The translations under genes and the position numbers were made by a program. A DNA stretch of 64,000 bases from Trichinella spiralis (taxonomy: Eukaryota), in NCBI RefSeq assembly GCF_000181795.1, contig NW_003526941.1:3250178-3314177 (forward strand), written 5' to 3'. The notes beneath the pieces were generated by a model. It saw only the letters and a list, made by a program, of their open reading frames with translations. It searched no databases and was not told the DNA's origin. Position 1 is the stretch's first letter, and each line of letters begins with the position of its first letter. Shown here piece after piece: positions 12,700 through 23,666 of this stretch.

Positions 12700-14310
12700 A
12701 TAAATGTAATCCTTTAAATAACAATAAATAGTCGAAAAGAGTATAATAACGCTTAATTAAAATTGTTGATTTTCATCATTTTATGAATATATTTTTTTGA
12801 CTTGTTTGAAAATTTTCCTGATATTTGAAAAACTTTTTTCTCAAAAGAATTAAACTGTCATGATATGTCAAATTAACGAAGTAACAAATTGGTTTTCTTT
12901 TATAATAACGGTTTCTTTTTTTGGTCTAATTAGGTTCCATTTAAAATTTAATTGAATTGTTAAAGCTAAGATAATCACAACGAAATGCAAAGAGAATAAT
13001 CACTTCTATTAATTTCTTCTTATAAATTTATTTATTTATTTATCTCATTAAAACGATCAGTAGAAACGAACTTCCAACATTCATGTAAATAACTGTACAT
13101 GTATTCCTGATTACCCTAAAGTATGCAGTTAACATCTTTGCTTCGCTAAAAAGACAATCATATCATGAAGTGCTGTACACTTCATTATCTTTATTTTCAA
13201 CTTACTTTCGTTTTCGGCTATTTCAACTTATTTTCGTTTTCGTAACAATCATTGAATGCCGCTTCACATATGAACAGCAAATGTTGCGTTTTGCGATGGA
13301 AACGAATTCCAAATGCTCGAAAATTAAAAAACTTCATGGCAAATGGATACAGCAAACCTTGTATTCATTCGAATATTTTGCGATATTCACTAACATTTTC
13401 AGAAAAACTAATCGCATGCTTCAACAAAAGTGAAACGAATTACCAAATGCTTTCTCCATGACTGGATACAATATTCTACAACATATATGTATGTAAATTT
13501 TCGGGAGTATGCGATCGATGATTTTTTGAGAAACTTCTGAAAATTTCTTGTTGATATCTTTCAGATTTTCAAAAACGAAATCTGCAATACAACAGGAAAG
13601 TGATACTCCAATTTCATTACATTGTAGCATTCTTATTTCTGAAGCGTAATCAATAAATACGATTAGGACAAAGCATACAATTCAAAGGACGCTAGAAGGT
13701 ATTCTTCAAAATCAAGGGGAAATGCGACAGAACGCAACACTCATTTCCTGCGCAGAAAACATTGCAGATTTATAAATAAAAATTAACAAACTATATTTAC
13801 CAGCATGCTGAACAAACGCAAATGGTTTTTCTCTTTCACCATCAACATGAAGAATTAGATTATATACATAGTTCTTTTTCATACAGCTAAAAAAGAATAA
13901 ATAAATGAATAAAAAGCTGTATTCAATTTTATCATTTTCAATTCCTATAATTTCTCAATAGAAAACAATACGATTGCGTCAATAAAAAACTAAAATTTGA
14001 AGCTTTCTGTATTACAAAAAGGAATTTCAGGTACAAATGCTATTAGGATCACGAACATTGCTTGGAGGAAATAAGTCGCACTTTTTGTATAAATTTTCAT
14101 AAAATGGAATTATATTCCACTGTATTAAAAGCGCAGATTTTATAGCGCTTCCTGTTGCTCCCAATAAAATCGTATCAACTTGTAATATCTTTGGCACCGG
14201 TAATGCAACAACCCTTTCCTACAACGAGAAACCAAGATTGTAACGATTTGATAATTTATTCTGATCGATTGATTTCCTTTTCTCGACAACATTAGATTTT
14301 CAACTTTCAA

Positions 14311-15138
14311 NNNNNNNNNNNNNNNNNNNNNNNNNNNNNNNNNNNNNNNNNNNNNNNNNNNNNNNNNNNNNNNNNNNNNNNNNNNNNNNNNNNNNNNNNN
14401 NNNNNNNNNNNNNNNNNNNNNNNNNNNNNNNNNNNNNNNNNNNNNNNNNNNNNNNNNNNNNNNNNNNNNNNNNNNNNNNNNNNNNNNNNNNNNNNNNNNN
14501 NNNNNNNNNNNNNNNNNNNNNNNNNNNNNNNNNNNNNNNNNNNNNNNNNNNNNNNNNNNNNNNNNNNNNNNNNNNNNNNNNNNNNNNNNNNNNNNNNNNN
14601 NNNNNNNNNNNNNNNNNNNNNNNNNNNNNNNNNNNNNNNNNNNNNNNNNNNNNNNNNNNNNNNNNNNNNNNNNNNNNNNNNNNNNNNNNNNNNNNNNNNN
14701 NNNNNNNNNNNNNNNNNNNNNNNNNNNNNNNNNNNNNNNNNNNNNNNNNNNNNNNNNNNNNNNNNNNNNNNNNNNNNNNNNNNNNNNNNNNNNNNNNNNN
14801 NNNNNNNNNNNNNNNNNNNNNNNNNNNNNNNNNNNNNNNNNNNNNNNNNNNNNNNNNNNNNNNNNNNNNNNNNNNNNNNNNNNNNNNNNNNNNNNNNNNN
14901 NNNNNNNNNNNNNNNNNNNNNNNNNNNNNNNNNNNNNNNNNNNNNNNNNNNNNNNNNNNNNNNNNNNNNNNNNNNNNNNNNNNNNNNNNNNNNNNNNNNN
15001 NNNNNNNNNNNNNNNNNNNNNNNNNNNNNNNNNNNNNNNNNNNNNNNNNNNNNNNNNNNNNNNNNNNNNNNNNNNNNNNNNNNNNNNNNNNNNNNNNNNN
15101 NNNNNNNNNNNNNNNNNNNNNNNNNNNNNNNNNNNNNN
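14311..15138. other. Assembly gap (others at 17181-17391, 18591-18600, 23707-24420, 25792-25801, 32328-32360)
   Basis: Runs of N. Confidence 1.
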
Positions 15139-15484
15139 TCTTTGGACATAGGTGCACATTAAGTTCGGTGAAAACCAAAGGCGTGCCTCAAGGGGAAGTG
15201 CATTGTATTACTGAATTCTCTTGTCATTTTCTGAAAGAATATTGTACAATAATTATGTGCAGCAACGATCCATTATTCTTAATCAATTATTTAATCAGAT
15301 ATTGTACAAAATTGCTTGCTTGTGAAGGTGTCATTTATAGAAAGAAATAATTCAATTTTAGATGAAAACTGTAATTTATTATGTTCATTTTAATTAATTC
15401 TTATGTCTGTATTGTCCGCAAACAATGAAATTGCGTAATTAAAATTTTTTTAAATTAAAGCATTCTGTATTACAAAAATGAAGT

Positions 15485-15736
15485 TCAGGTACAAATGCTA
15501 TTAGGATGACGAACATTGCTTGGAGGAAATAAGTCGTACTTTTTGTATAAATTTTCATAAAATGGAATTATATTCCATATTATTAAAAGCGCGGATTTTA
15601 TTGCGCTTCCTGTTGCTCCCACTAAAATCGTATCAGCTTGCAATATCTTTGGCAATATCTCGGCAAATACGCATTCATGAAACGTGAGACCAGGTTTGTA
15701 GTGATTTTCTAATTTTTTCTGATCGATTGAAATCAT
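15485..15736 (-). CDS. Unknown ORF/exon carried by the 1.4-kb repeat (paralogues at 16900-17094 and a stop-interrupted copy at ~14027-14290)
   Basis: The frame ..ILVGATGSAIKSALLIIWNIIPFYENLYKKYDLFPPSNVR.. is kept in three copies, with an in-frame TAG in the first. No family was recognised. Confidence 0.25.
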   Translation of the reverse strand: MISIDQKKLENHYKPGLTFHECVFAEILPKILQADTILVGATGSAIKSALLIIWNIIPFYENLYKKYDLFPPSNVRHPNSICT

Positions 15737-17392
15737 TTTCTCGACAACTTAAAATTTTCGACTTTCAAAAAAGCAAGGCTATAGCCTTTGCTGTTTTTGC
15801 GATTTTCGAAAGTAGGCTTTTGACACAAATTTCGCTTTTTTTGTTATATATGGCTAAATTCTGATAAATTAATAAGTTCTGGAAAGTTTTGCGTCACATA
15901 AACGCGTACGTGTCGAATAAATGGCCTCTAAAGTTTGCATGCGCCTATCTTAATACACAGGGAAGCTGCACTACTGGAACTCCCCTGATACGAATCCAGG
16001 GGGGTTGAATTTTGGTACAGGAAACATTTTCACCATTATAATGAGGTATTCGTTCACATTGCGTTCTGTTGTTCAATATTTCGTTGTTTTGGGAAACTCG
16101 ATTTTCCTTCATTTTCTGTCCATTTTGAATAAATTGAAAACAGTTGTTTCAATACGGTATGCGATGTGCATAAAATCTTAAATTTATTAATTTCTCACTG
16201 ATCTGTCTCATTTAATCGGCCCGTAGAAAGGAATTTCTCAACCTATGGCTGCCATTATTTATTAATACCTGATGGTCTATCGTATACCTTCGGTACGTTT
16301 AGTATCATCAAAAAAACAATCATTTCATAGAATTCTGTGCCGTTCATCATCTTAATTATTCATTGAGCATCTCAATGATACCAACATTGTCACTGTTTCA
16401 TTCTATTTTCGATTAGTTCATCATAATGAAATCACCGTTATGCAAATGCGCTTTAAATGTTGTACTTTGTCAAAATGATTAATTTCAAAAGGTGAAAATA
16501 AAATAGATTAACATTTCATTGCAAACTAATGCGCCTACTATTAACATTTACACTAATCTTTCGACATATGTGCACATAAGCTCAGTAAAACCAAAGGCGT
16601 GCCTCAAGGGAAGTGCAATGTATTACTGAATTCTCTTGTCATTTTCTGAAAGAATATTGTACAATAATTATGTGCAGAAACGATCCATTATTCTTAATCA
16701 ATTATTTAATCAGATATTGTACAAAATTGCTTGCTTGTGAAGGTGACATTTATAGAAAGAAATAATTCAATTTTAGATGAAAACTGTAATTTATTATGTT
16801 CATTTTAATTAATTCTTATGTCTGTATTGTCCGCAAACAATGAAATTGCGTAATTAAAATTTTTTTAATTTAAAGCATTCTGTATTACAAAAATGAAGTT
16901 CAGGTACAAATGCTATTAGGATCACGAACATTGCTTGGAGGAAATAAGTCGTACTTTTTGTATAAATTTTCATAAAATGGAATTATATTCCATATTATTA
17001 AAAGCGCGGATTTTATTGCGCTTCCTGTTGCTCCCACTAAAATCTTATCAGACTTGCATATCATTGGCAATATCTCTGCGAATACTGCATTCATGAGACG
17101 TGAGACCAGTTGTATGATTTTACTAGTTTTTTCTGATCGACTGAAATCATATTCTCGACAATTGAAAATTATCGACTTTCNNNNNNNNNNNNNNNNNNNN
17201 NNNNNNNNNNNNNNNNNNNNNNNNNNNNNNNNNNNNNNNNNNNNNNNNNNNNNNNNNNNNNNNNNNNNNNNNNNNNNNNNNNNNNNNNNNNNNNNNNNNN
17301 NNNNNNNNNNNNNNNNNNNNNNNNNNNNNNNNNNNNNNNNNNNNNNNNNNNNNNNNNNNNNNNNNNNNNNNNNNNNNNNNNNNNNNNNNNNT

Positions 17393-20300
17393 CTTCTCTG
17401 TTATTCAAATGTATAAGGAATAGAAAATTGTGAGCTCACTTGCTTTTGTAACTTTTTTGGAATTTTCACCATGGCTATTCACGTTATTTGCAATGCGTTA
17501 TCACGCAAATGAATTTGATACAATGAATCATTGGAATGGATGCAGATTTTGTTTCAGAAGTAACTAAGTAATATGTTATGCATATTTATCCAACTTCCAA
17601 TACTTTTCAGTATTCACCATACACGGTACTTCATACGCTATTGTAATGGCAATAAAATAATTAAAATGGGAAATTTTCATTTACGTTCTTTCCCTTAAAA
17701 ATACTTCTTAACAGTTAATATTCTATATGGCAATATAATGTATTACGCATTTTATTCAGTTTCTTGAGTTTCTTCTTTTGTTTCGCAGCTTCTGAAAAAA
17801 GTTACATTATGCTAGGCCCACATCCCCACTTTTGCTCACTATAGTTTTTGCATATAATTATATGAGTGCAAGCAAACTACCCTTCGTCAGAGCAGTAAAA
17901 CTAAAATTTTTGAAATAGGTTTATGCCATAGGGTTATTACTGACTGAAATTAATGTTGTTCTATAAAGGACAAATTTGCGTACAATCACAACCTTTTATA
18001 ATTTCGCCTTACGGTCATATAATTTATTCTTATTTAGTGTATGACGAGTTTTCTTGGTCAGTTATTATGTGAGTCGCCGTAACAGAACGTCCTAAAATTC
18101 CATTTCACTCTTGAATAATTACGTATGATGAAGAGGTAAGTTATTCAGCAATGCCTTTTGATATTGCATGACTACCATTGCATGACTTATCAAATATACT
18201 GAATACCAACTAATTGGTTTTTTCCCTCTAATTATACTAACATGAAAATGTTCTTAGCCATATATTACTTTTGTTTTTTATAGATGCTGCGGACAAACAA
18301 GTACGTATTCCAGTTCTCCAGTGAAGCAATTGACTACATTATTATATTTTAGTTCCAGAATTCATGATTTGAATACTGCATACACGTGTGATCGGTATCA
18401 AGAAGTATAATTCCCAGTGAATGTTGGATTTGATATTTTATATGAAAATGGACCAATACAGCTATTACTGGAACATCGTTCTTAGAAAACCTCAAAAGAT
18501 AGACGATCACCATACCCACATACCCAAATTCAAATGCACATAGAAAACATGTAAGCAATACAAAGGTTATTTTTACAATCCAATTTTTTTNNNNNNNNNN
18601 TTTGGAGAGTTTTACGGCTTATAAGCTCCTACGTGTCGAATAAATGGCCTTCTAAAGTTGCCATGTGCGTATGTATCTTAATAAGTAGAAAAGTTTCATC
18701 TGTCTTTCTTTAACTGCTCTGACCGTTTTCTTTAAAAGAACAAATTCACCATATGAAACATTTTTATTGTAGTAGTCTATTATTTTAAATGTCATGGAGT
18801 GTTTCAATATTTTATCCTTCCAGTTTTGCTTGATTATAATCTTGTTTTGATTATTTTGATCATGATTGTTTCAGAATTCTAATGTAAATAATAAATGATA
18901 TTGTTTAGAAATGGAATACAATCTCATAAACTAACATTTCATGTTGCTATTCATCCGGTTGTAGCATTAGTAAATTTCGATACCTCGATACGATAAGAAC
19001 AACAATTTTCATCATTTAGTATTGTATTTCCATTTGTGTGTGTGATTAATCTCCTCCGGGGTAAACGTTAGTACAGTCCACCAAAGGCAATGTCACATTA
19101 TTCTATTACCTTGAGCTAGAAATTGATCGATATTTCAGAATGTCATCGTAATGGCCGTATCGTTCATTTTGATAAAGATTATTAGTCCAGAAAGGTGCTC
19201 AAGTCTCGTATTCAGCATCAACTATAAATGGCAAATTGTATTTATCGCTAATCAGTTTGTCAGTGTGATGAAAATGTTTAGGAAGCCTGTCTCCGTCAGC
19301 GCTTCAGCATTCTCTATAACTAAAAAGTAAGTTATTGTTTAATAACTGTGATCATGTTGTTTGTATCAATTATCAAACAATTTGTTACTCACAAAGTGCA
19401 TTTCATTTCTCTTGATGTAACTTCAAAGGCAGCACACAGACTAGTTGGTATAGAAAGAACTATTCATACAAATTTTCTCTTCACTATTCAATGTATAATG
19501 AATAGAATGTTGTGAGCTCACTTGCTTTGTAACTTTTTGGAACTTCACATTGCTATTCACGTTAGTTGCAATGGTTTATCGCGCAATAAATTTGATACAA
19601 TGAGTCCTTGTATAGATGCAGATTTTATGTTTCAGAAGTAACTAAGTAATGTGTTATGCATATTTATCCAACTTCCAAGGCTTTTCAGTATTCACCATAC
19701 ACGGTACTTCATACGCTATTGTAATGGCAATAAAATAATTAAAATGGGAAATTTTCATTTACGTTCTTTCCCTTAAAAATACTTCTTAACAGTTAATATT
19801 CTATATGGCAATATAATGTATTACGCATTTTATTCAGTTTCTTGAGTTTCTTCTTTTGTTTCGCAGCTTCTGAAAAAAGTTACATTATGCTAGGCTCACA
19901 TCCTCACTTTTGCTCACTATAGTTTTTGCATTTAATTATATGAGTGCAAGCAAACTACCCTTCGTCATAGCAGTAAAACTAATAAGGTTTTTGAAATAGG
20001 TTTATGCCATAGGGTTATTACTGACTGAAATTAATGTTGTTCTATAAAGGACAAATTTGCGTACAATCACAACCTTCTATAATTTCGCCTTACGGTCATA
20101 TAATTTATTCTTATTTAGTGTATGACGAATTTTCTTGGTCAGTTATTAACTGAGTCGCCGTAAAAGAACGTCCTGAAATACAATTTCACTCTTGAGTAAT
20201 TATGTATGAGGAAGAGGTAAGTTATTGAGCAACGCCTTTTGATATTGCATGACTACCATTGCATGAATTATCAAATATACTGAATACCAACTAATTGGTT

Positions 20301-20670
20301 TTTCCCCTCTAATTATACTAACATGAAAATGTTCTTAGTCATATATTACTTTTGGTTTTTATAGATGCTGCTGACAAACAAGTACGTATTTCAGTTCTCC
20401 ACTGAAGCAATTGACTACATTATTATATTTTAGTTCCAGAATTCACATGATTTGAATACTGCATACACGTGTGATCGGTATCAAGAAATATAATTCCCAG
20501 TGAATGTTGGATTTGATATTTTATATGAAAATGGACCAATACAGCTATTACTGGAACATCGTTCTTGGAAAACCTCAAAAGATAGACGATCACCATATCC
20601 ACATACCCAAATTCAAATGCACATAGAAAACATGTAAGCAATACAATGTTATTTTTACAATCAATTTTCT
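17393..20670. repeat. Direct duplication of ~1.2 kb (17393-18590 vs ~19470-20670, offset ~2.07 kb)
   Basis: Long near-identical runs, e.g. CTTTTCAGTATTCACCATACACGGTACTTCATACGC at ~17603 and ~19681. The paralogous minus ORFs 18349-18558 and 20423-20755 fall within the two copies. Confidence 0.9.
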
Positions 20671-20705
20671 GTATTATATCCTGTACGTAAATAATACCAG
20701 ATAAA

Positions 20706-21687
20706 TGTGAAATAGCCATATTATAAAAAGTAATTGAAGACGAATGACAGTGCATCTGATGATTTTAATATTCGCGCAATATTTTAAATTCCAAAATATG
20801 AATGTTTTTTCAGTATTCCGGATCGTCTCACTTTGACAGATAAATGAAGACAACATGTAAGTTGTTTCACTCGTATTAAAATTTACATTAATATATAACT
20901 TTCGAGGTAAGAAAACAACAGAGTATTCTCCACCGAAAATGCAAAACGGAATGCACATTTTCCATTAACTGAATGCATCAAGTAGTTTCATTTTCAAATA
21001 CTATATACGTACTCTAGTTCTTTAATTCTTAATCTGTAAGTATTTTTCCAGTGTTGATGTGTTGAAAACGATAGCAGGGTGCAATATTGGAAAGAATAAA
21101 GACAACACGTAAGTATAAAATCAAAATCCTCTCGTTCTGAAGTTTCGAAGTATAACATGAAACATAATATTCATGGAAATGCTACAAGACAGGAATTCCA
21201 TCGCTGAAAATGAATAACAGTACGTATATTTTACATTAATTTGCTTTTACTTAATACTTAATAGTTTTCATTCTTCATGTTTATCCTTACTTAGAAGATA
21301 TCGATGTATTCGATATGTCTGACTGACAGTTGTGAACAGGGGAAAAAGGACAACATGTATGGAAATCAAGAATTATGCTCACTAGTATCATTCTGAAATT
21401 TGAAAATTTAGAAAAATACATGCAACATGAAAAATTATCCTCATGTGCACCGCTGAAATGTAATTACGGTATGCATATTTAATTTTAACTGAGTTCATAA
21501 TTTAGTTTTATTTTAGAAATACTTGAATGGCAGCATTTTTCATTCATTTATCCAGTCGTTCAATTATCTTTATACGCACACCATTTAACAGGTAAGTTAA
21601 TGCACTTTTTGTATGGGTAAACATAATTCACAATCAGATGCACTGTCATTCGTTTTCAATTAGTTTTTATAATATGGCTATTTCACA
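20706..21687. repeat. 55-bp inverted repeat pair (20706-20760 / 21633-21687) enclosing ~870 bp; possible non-autonomous DNA element
   Basis: TGTGAAATAGCCATATTATAAAAAGTAATTGAAGACGAATGACAGTGCATCTGAT matches the reverse complement of the second arm with 2 mismatches. No clear TSD or transposase was seen. Confidence 0.75.
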
Positions 21688-21985
21688 CAAATAATAAGAC
21701 AATATATTCTGATATCGTGTATGTGTCAATTATAAAGAGAGGAAATTAATTTACCTGAAATCCTTGGAATTTCCAGCAAAGCGACAAAGCTGCGTTTGGC
21801 ATTTTCTTTTACCTGACGCTGCTGGCATCTGGCTGGAGACTCCTAATCCATCAAATAAAATGGTTTCCAAATGAATGGCTCGTTATCATCATTGTAACTT
21901 CGAAAACAAGCAGAAACTGTATAAGCCATTGTGTTAACTCAAGTAATGCAATTTTTACGAATGATTATCATGGTTTCATCAATAT

Positions 21986-22975
21986 GTAAGTAAGAAATTA
22001 AGTATTAAATTTGATTCCGTTTATTTTAGAGGCACATGTTTTCACTGATAATACCAATCCACTGAAAATAAAAAAAGACTGCGGTAATGGACTGTGAGCA
22101 AGAATAACTCTGACTGTCATCAAACGTAAGTAATTTTAAGCACTAAATTTGATTTTGCACACGTCTAACTTTCAGGCATCTTGTATCACGTCTTAAAGAG
22201 GAAGAAGGATAAAAATCTGGCTGCAATGGAATAACAAGTGTGATTTTTCATGAGTGGTGATCGCGTTTACCTTCGTAAGTAGGTAAGTGACAGTAAACAG
22301 CTAAATTTAATTCCCTTTATTCTACAGGTACATGTTTTCACTGACAATACCAATCCATTGAAAATAAACAGAGCAGAATTGGACTGATCCTGGCAAAGTA
22401 TAAGAATAAATTAAGAGTAAGTAATTTTAAACACTAAATTTGATTTTGCTCGTCTCTTTCAGGTATCTTGTATCATGTCTGAAAGGAAGAAAATGAGAAT
22501 CTGGCTGAAATGGTATTTAAATGACTTTTTTAAAGTCCTACACGTTTTCCTTCATAAGTAGGTAAGTCACAGTAATCTACTAAATTTGATTCAGTTTCTT
22601 TTACAGGCGTCACTGTTCATCGACAGAATCCATCCAATGCAAGGAGAAGAAACAAGACGGGAATGAAGAAAGTCTGAATTTTCACTCTGTCACTCAAAGT
22701 AAGTAATATAAATTAAATTATAAATCACCTCTGCTCATTTCTATTTTTCAGGCGCAGTGAACATCATAAAGGCCTCTGAAGAAACTGCCAATCGATTCAC
22801 AAGGAGATATCACCACTGTCAAGATACGCGGTAAGTTCCAGCTATTACTAAAGTGTACATCTAAGATTCAAGAATAAACTTTATCAGGAGACTACCCGTC
22901 ACTGGAAGAATAAAATATCAAACGATCAAGGAAGAGAGTAGAAGATAAGGAAGATTTAACATGGCGAAGGTAAGA
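21986..22975 (+). ncRNA. Putative spliced non-coding transcript segment (or long 5'UTR/decayed gene): 7 short introns alternating with ~80-110-nt exons
   Basis: Introns 21986-~22031, 22126-22175, 22283-22327, 22417-22462, 22562-22606, 22699-22751 and 22831-22887 all start GTAAGT and end in AG after a pyrimidine tract. The first four exons have stops in all three frames. Confidence 0.55.
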
Positions 22976-23109
22976 GTAACAGAAAGAAACAAGCATGAGG
23001 AAGATCAGAAACATCAAATCGAATCGAAGATCGGAAGGAGTAACATCAGAAAATTCCATGCCCTATCTTATCTAAAGCTACACTCTTCGGTAGGGATACG
23101 CCCCCATAA

Positions 23110-23580
23110 TACCCTCAGGCTACGCCTTACGCTATGCCTTAAGCTACGCCTTAAACAACATTTAAAATTCTTCTGACTTTTTGATAAATTTGCCCTCAGG
23201 CTACGCCCTAGGCTACGCTTCAGGCAATTTTAAAAAAATTTTTACCCCTCAGGCTATGCCTCAAGCTATTTCTAAAAAAACATGTGTCTTCAGGCTATGC
23301 TTCAGGCAAATTTAAAAAAATATTTACCCTCAGGCTATGCTCGGGGGTACGCCTCCGGCAAAATTTTCGTAAATCGCAAAAGTATTTCAAGATTTTCAAA
23401 AAATTAGCCCAAGGCTACGCCTTAAGCTACGCTTCAGGCAATTTAAAAAAAATTTTACCCCTCAGGCTATGCCTCAGGATATTTCTAAAAAAACATGTGC
23501 CTTCAGCTATGCTTCAAGCAATTTAAAAAATAATTTACCCTCACGCTACGCTTGGGGCTACCCCTCCGGCCGAAATTTCT
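23110..23580. repeat. Satellite of 12-bp motifs (C/T)TCAGGCTA(C/T)GC in clusters separated by A/T tracts, with a ~220-bp higher-order duplication
   Basis: Repeated CCCTCAGGCTATGCC, CTTAAGCTACGC and CTTCAGGCAATTT motifs; ~23185-23390 resembles ~23401-23580. Confidence 0.85.
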
Positions 23581-23666
23581 AAAAGTTCTTTCGATTTTGT
23601 TTTGTTACATCCCAGAATAACGCCTGAAGGTTGACTCTAGGAAACGCCAAAACACAATTCTGAGAT

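Larger units (their letters stand above)
14005..17180. repeat. Tandem ~1.4-kb unit, at least three partial copies (14005-14310, ~15139-16556, ~16557-17180), interrupted by gaps; a related fragment lies at 18601-18683
   Basis: The near-identical block TTCTGTATTACAAAAA..CAGGTACAAATGCTATTAGGAT..GCTTGGAGGAAATAAGTCG occurs at ~14005, ~15463 and ~16878. AAAACCAAAGGCGTGCCTCAAGGG occurs at ~15171 and ~16587. Confidence 0.9.

Noticed and set aside
13170..13780. Overlapping short ORFs with an intron-like GTATGT..TTTCAG
   Set aside because: No continuous frame or recognisable family; at best a decayed gene.
14140..15178. Long ORFs in the track here and at 17054-17416 and 23579-24484
   Set aside because: They are read-through of N gaps (poly-X).
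23110..23580. CRISPR-like repeat/spacer appearance
   Set aside because: Eukaryotic context, degenerate 12-bp units, spacers that are themselves repeated A/T tracts, and no cas genes.
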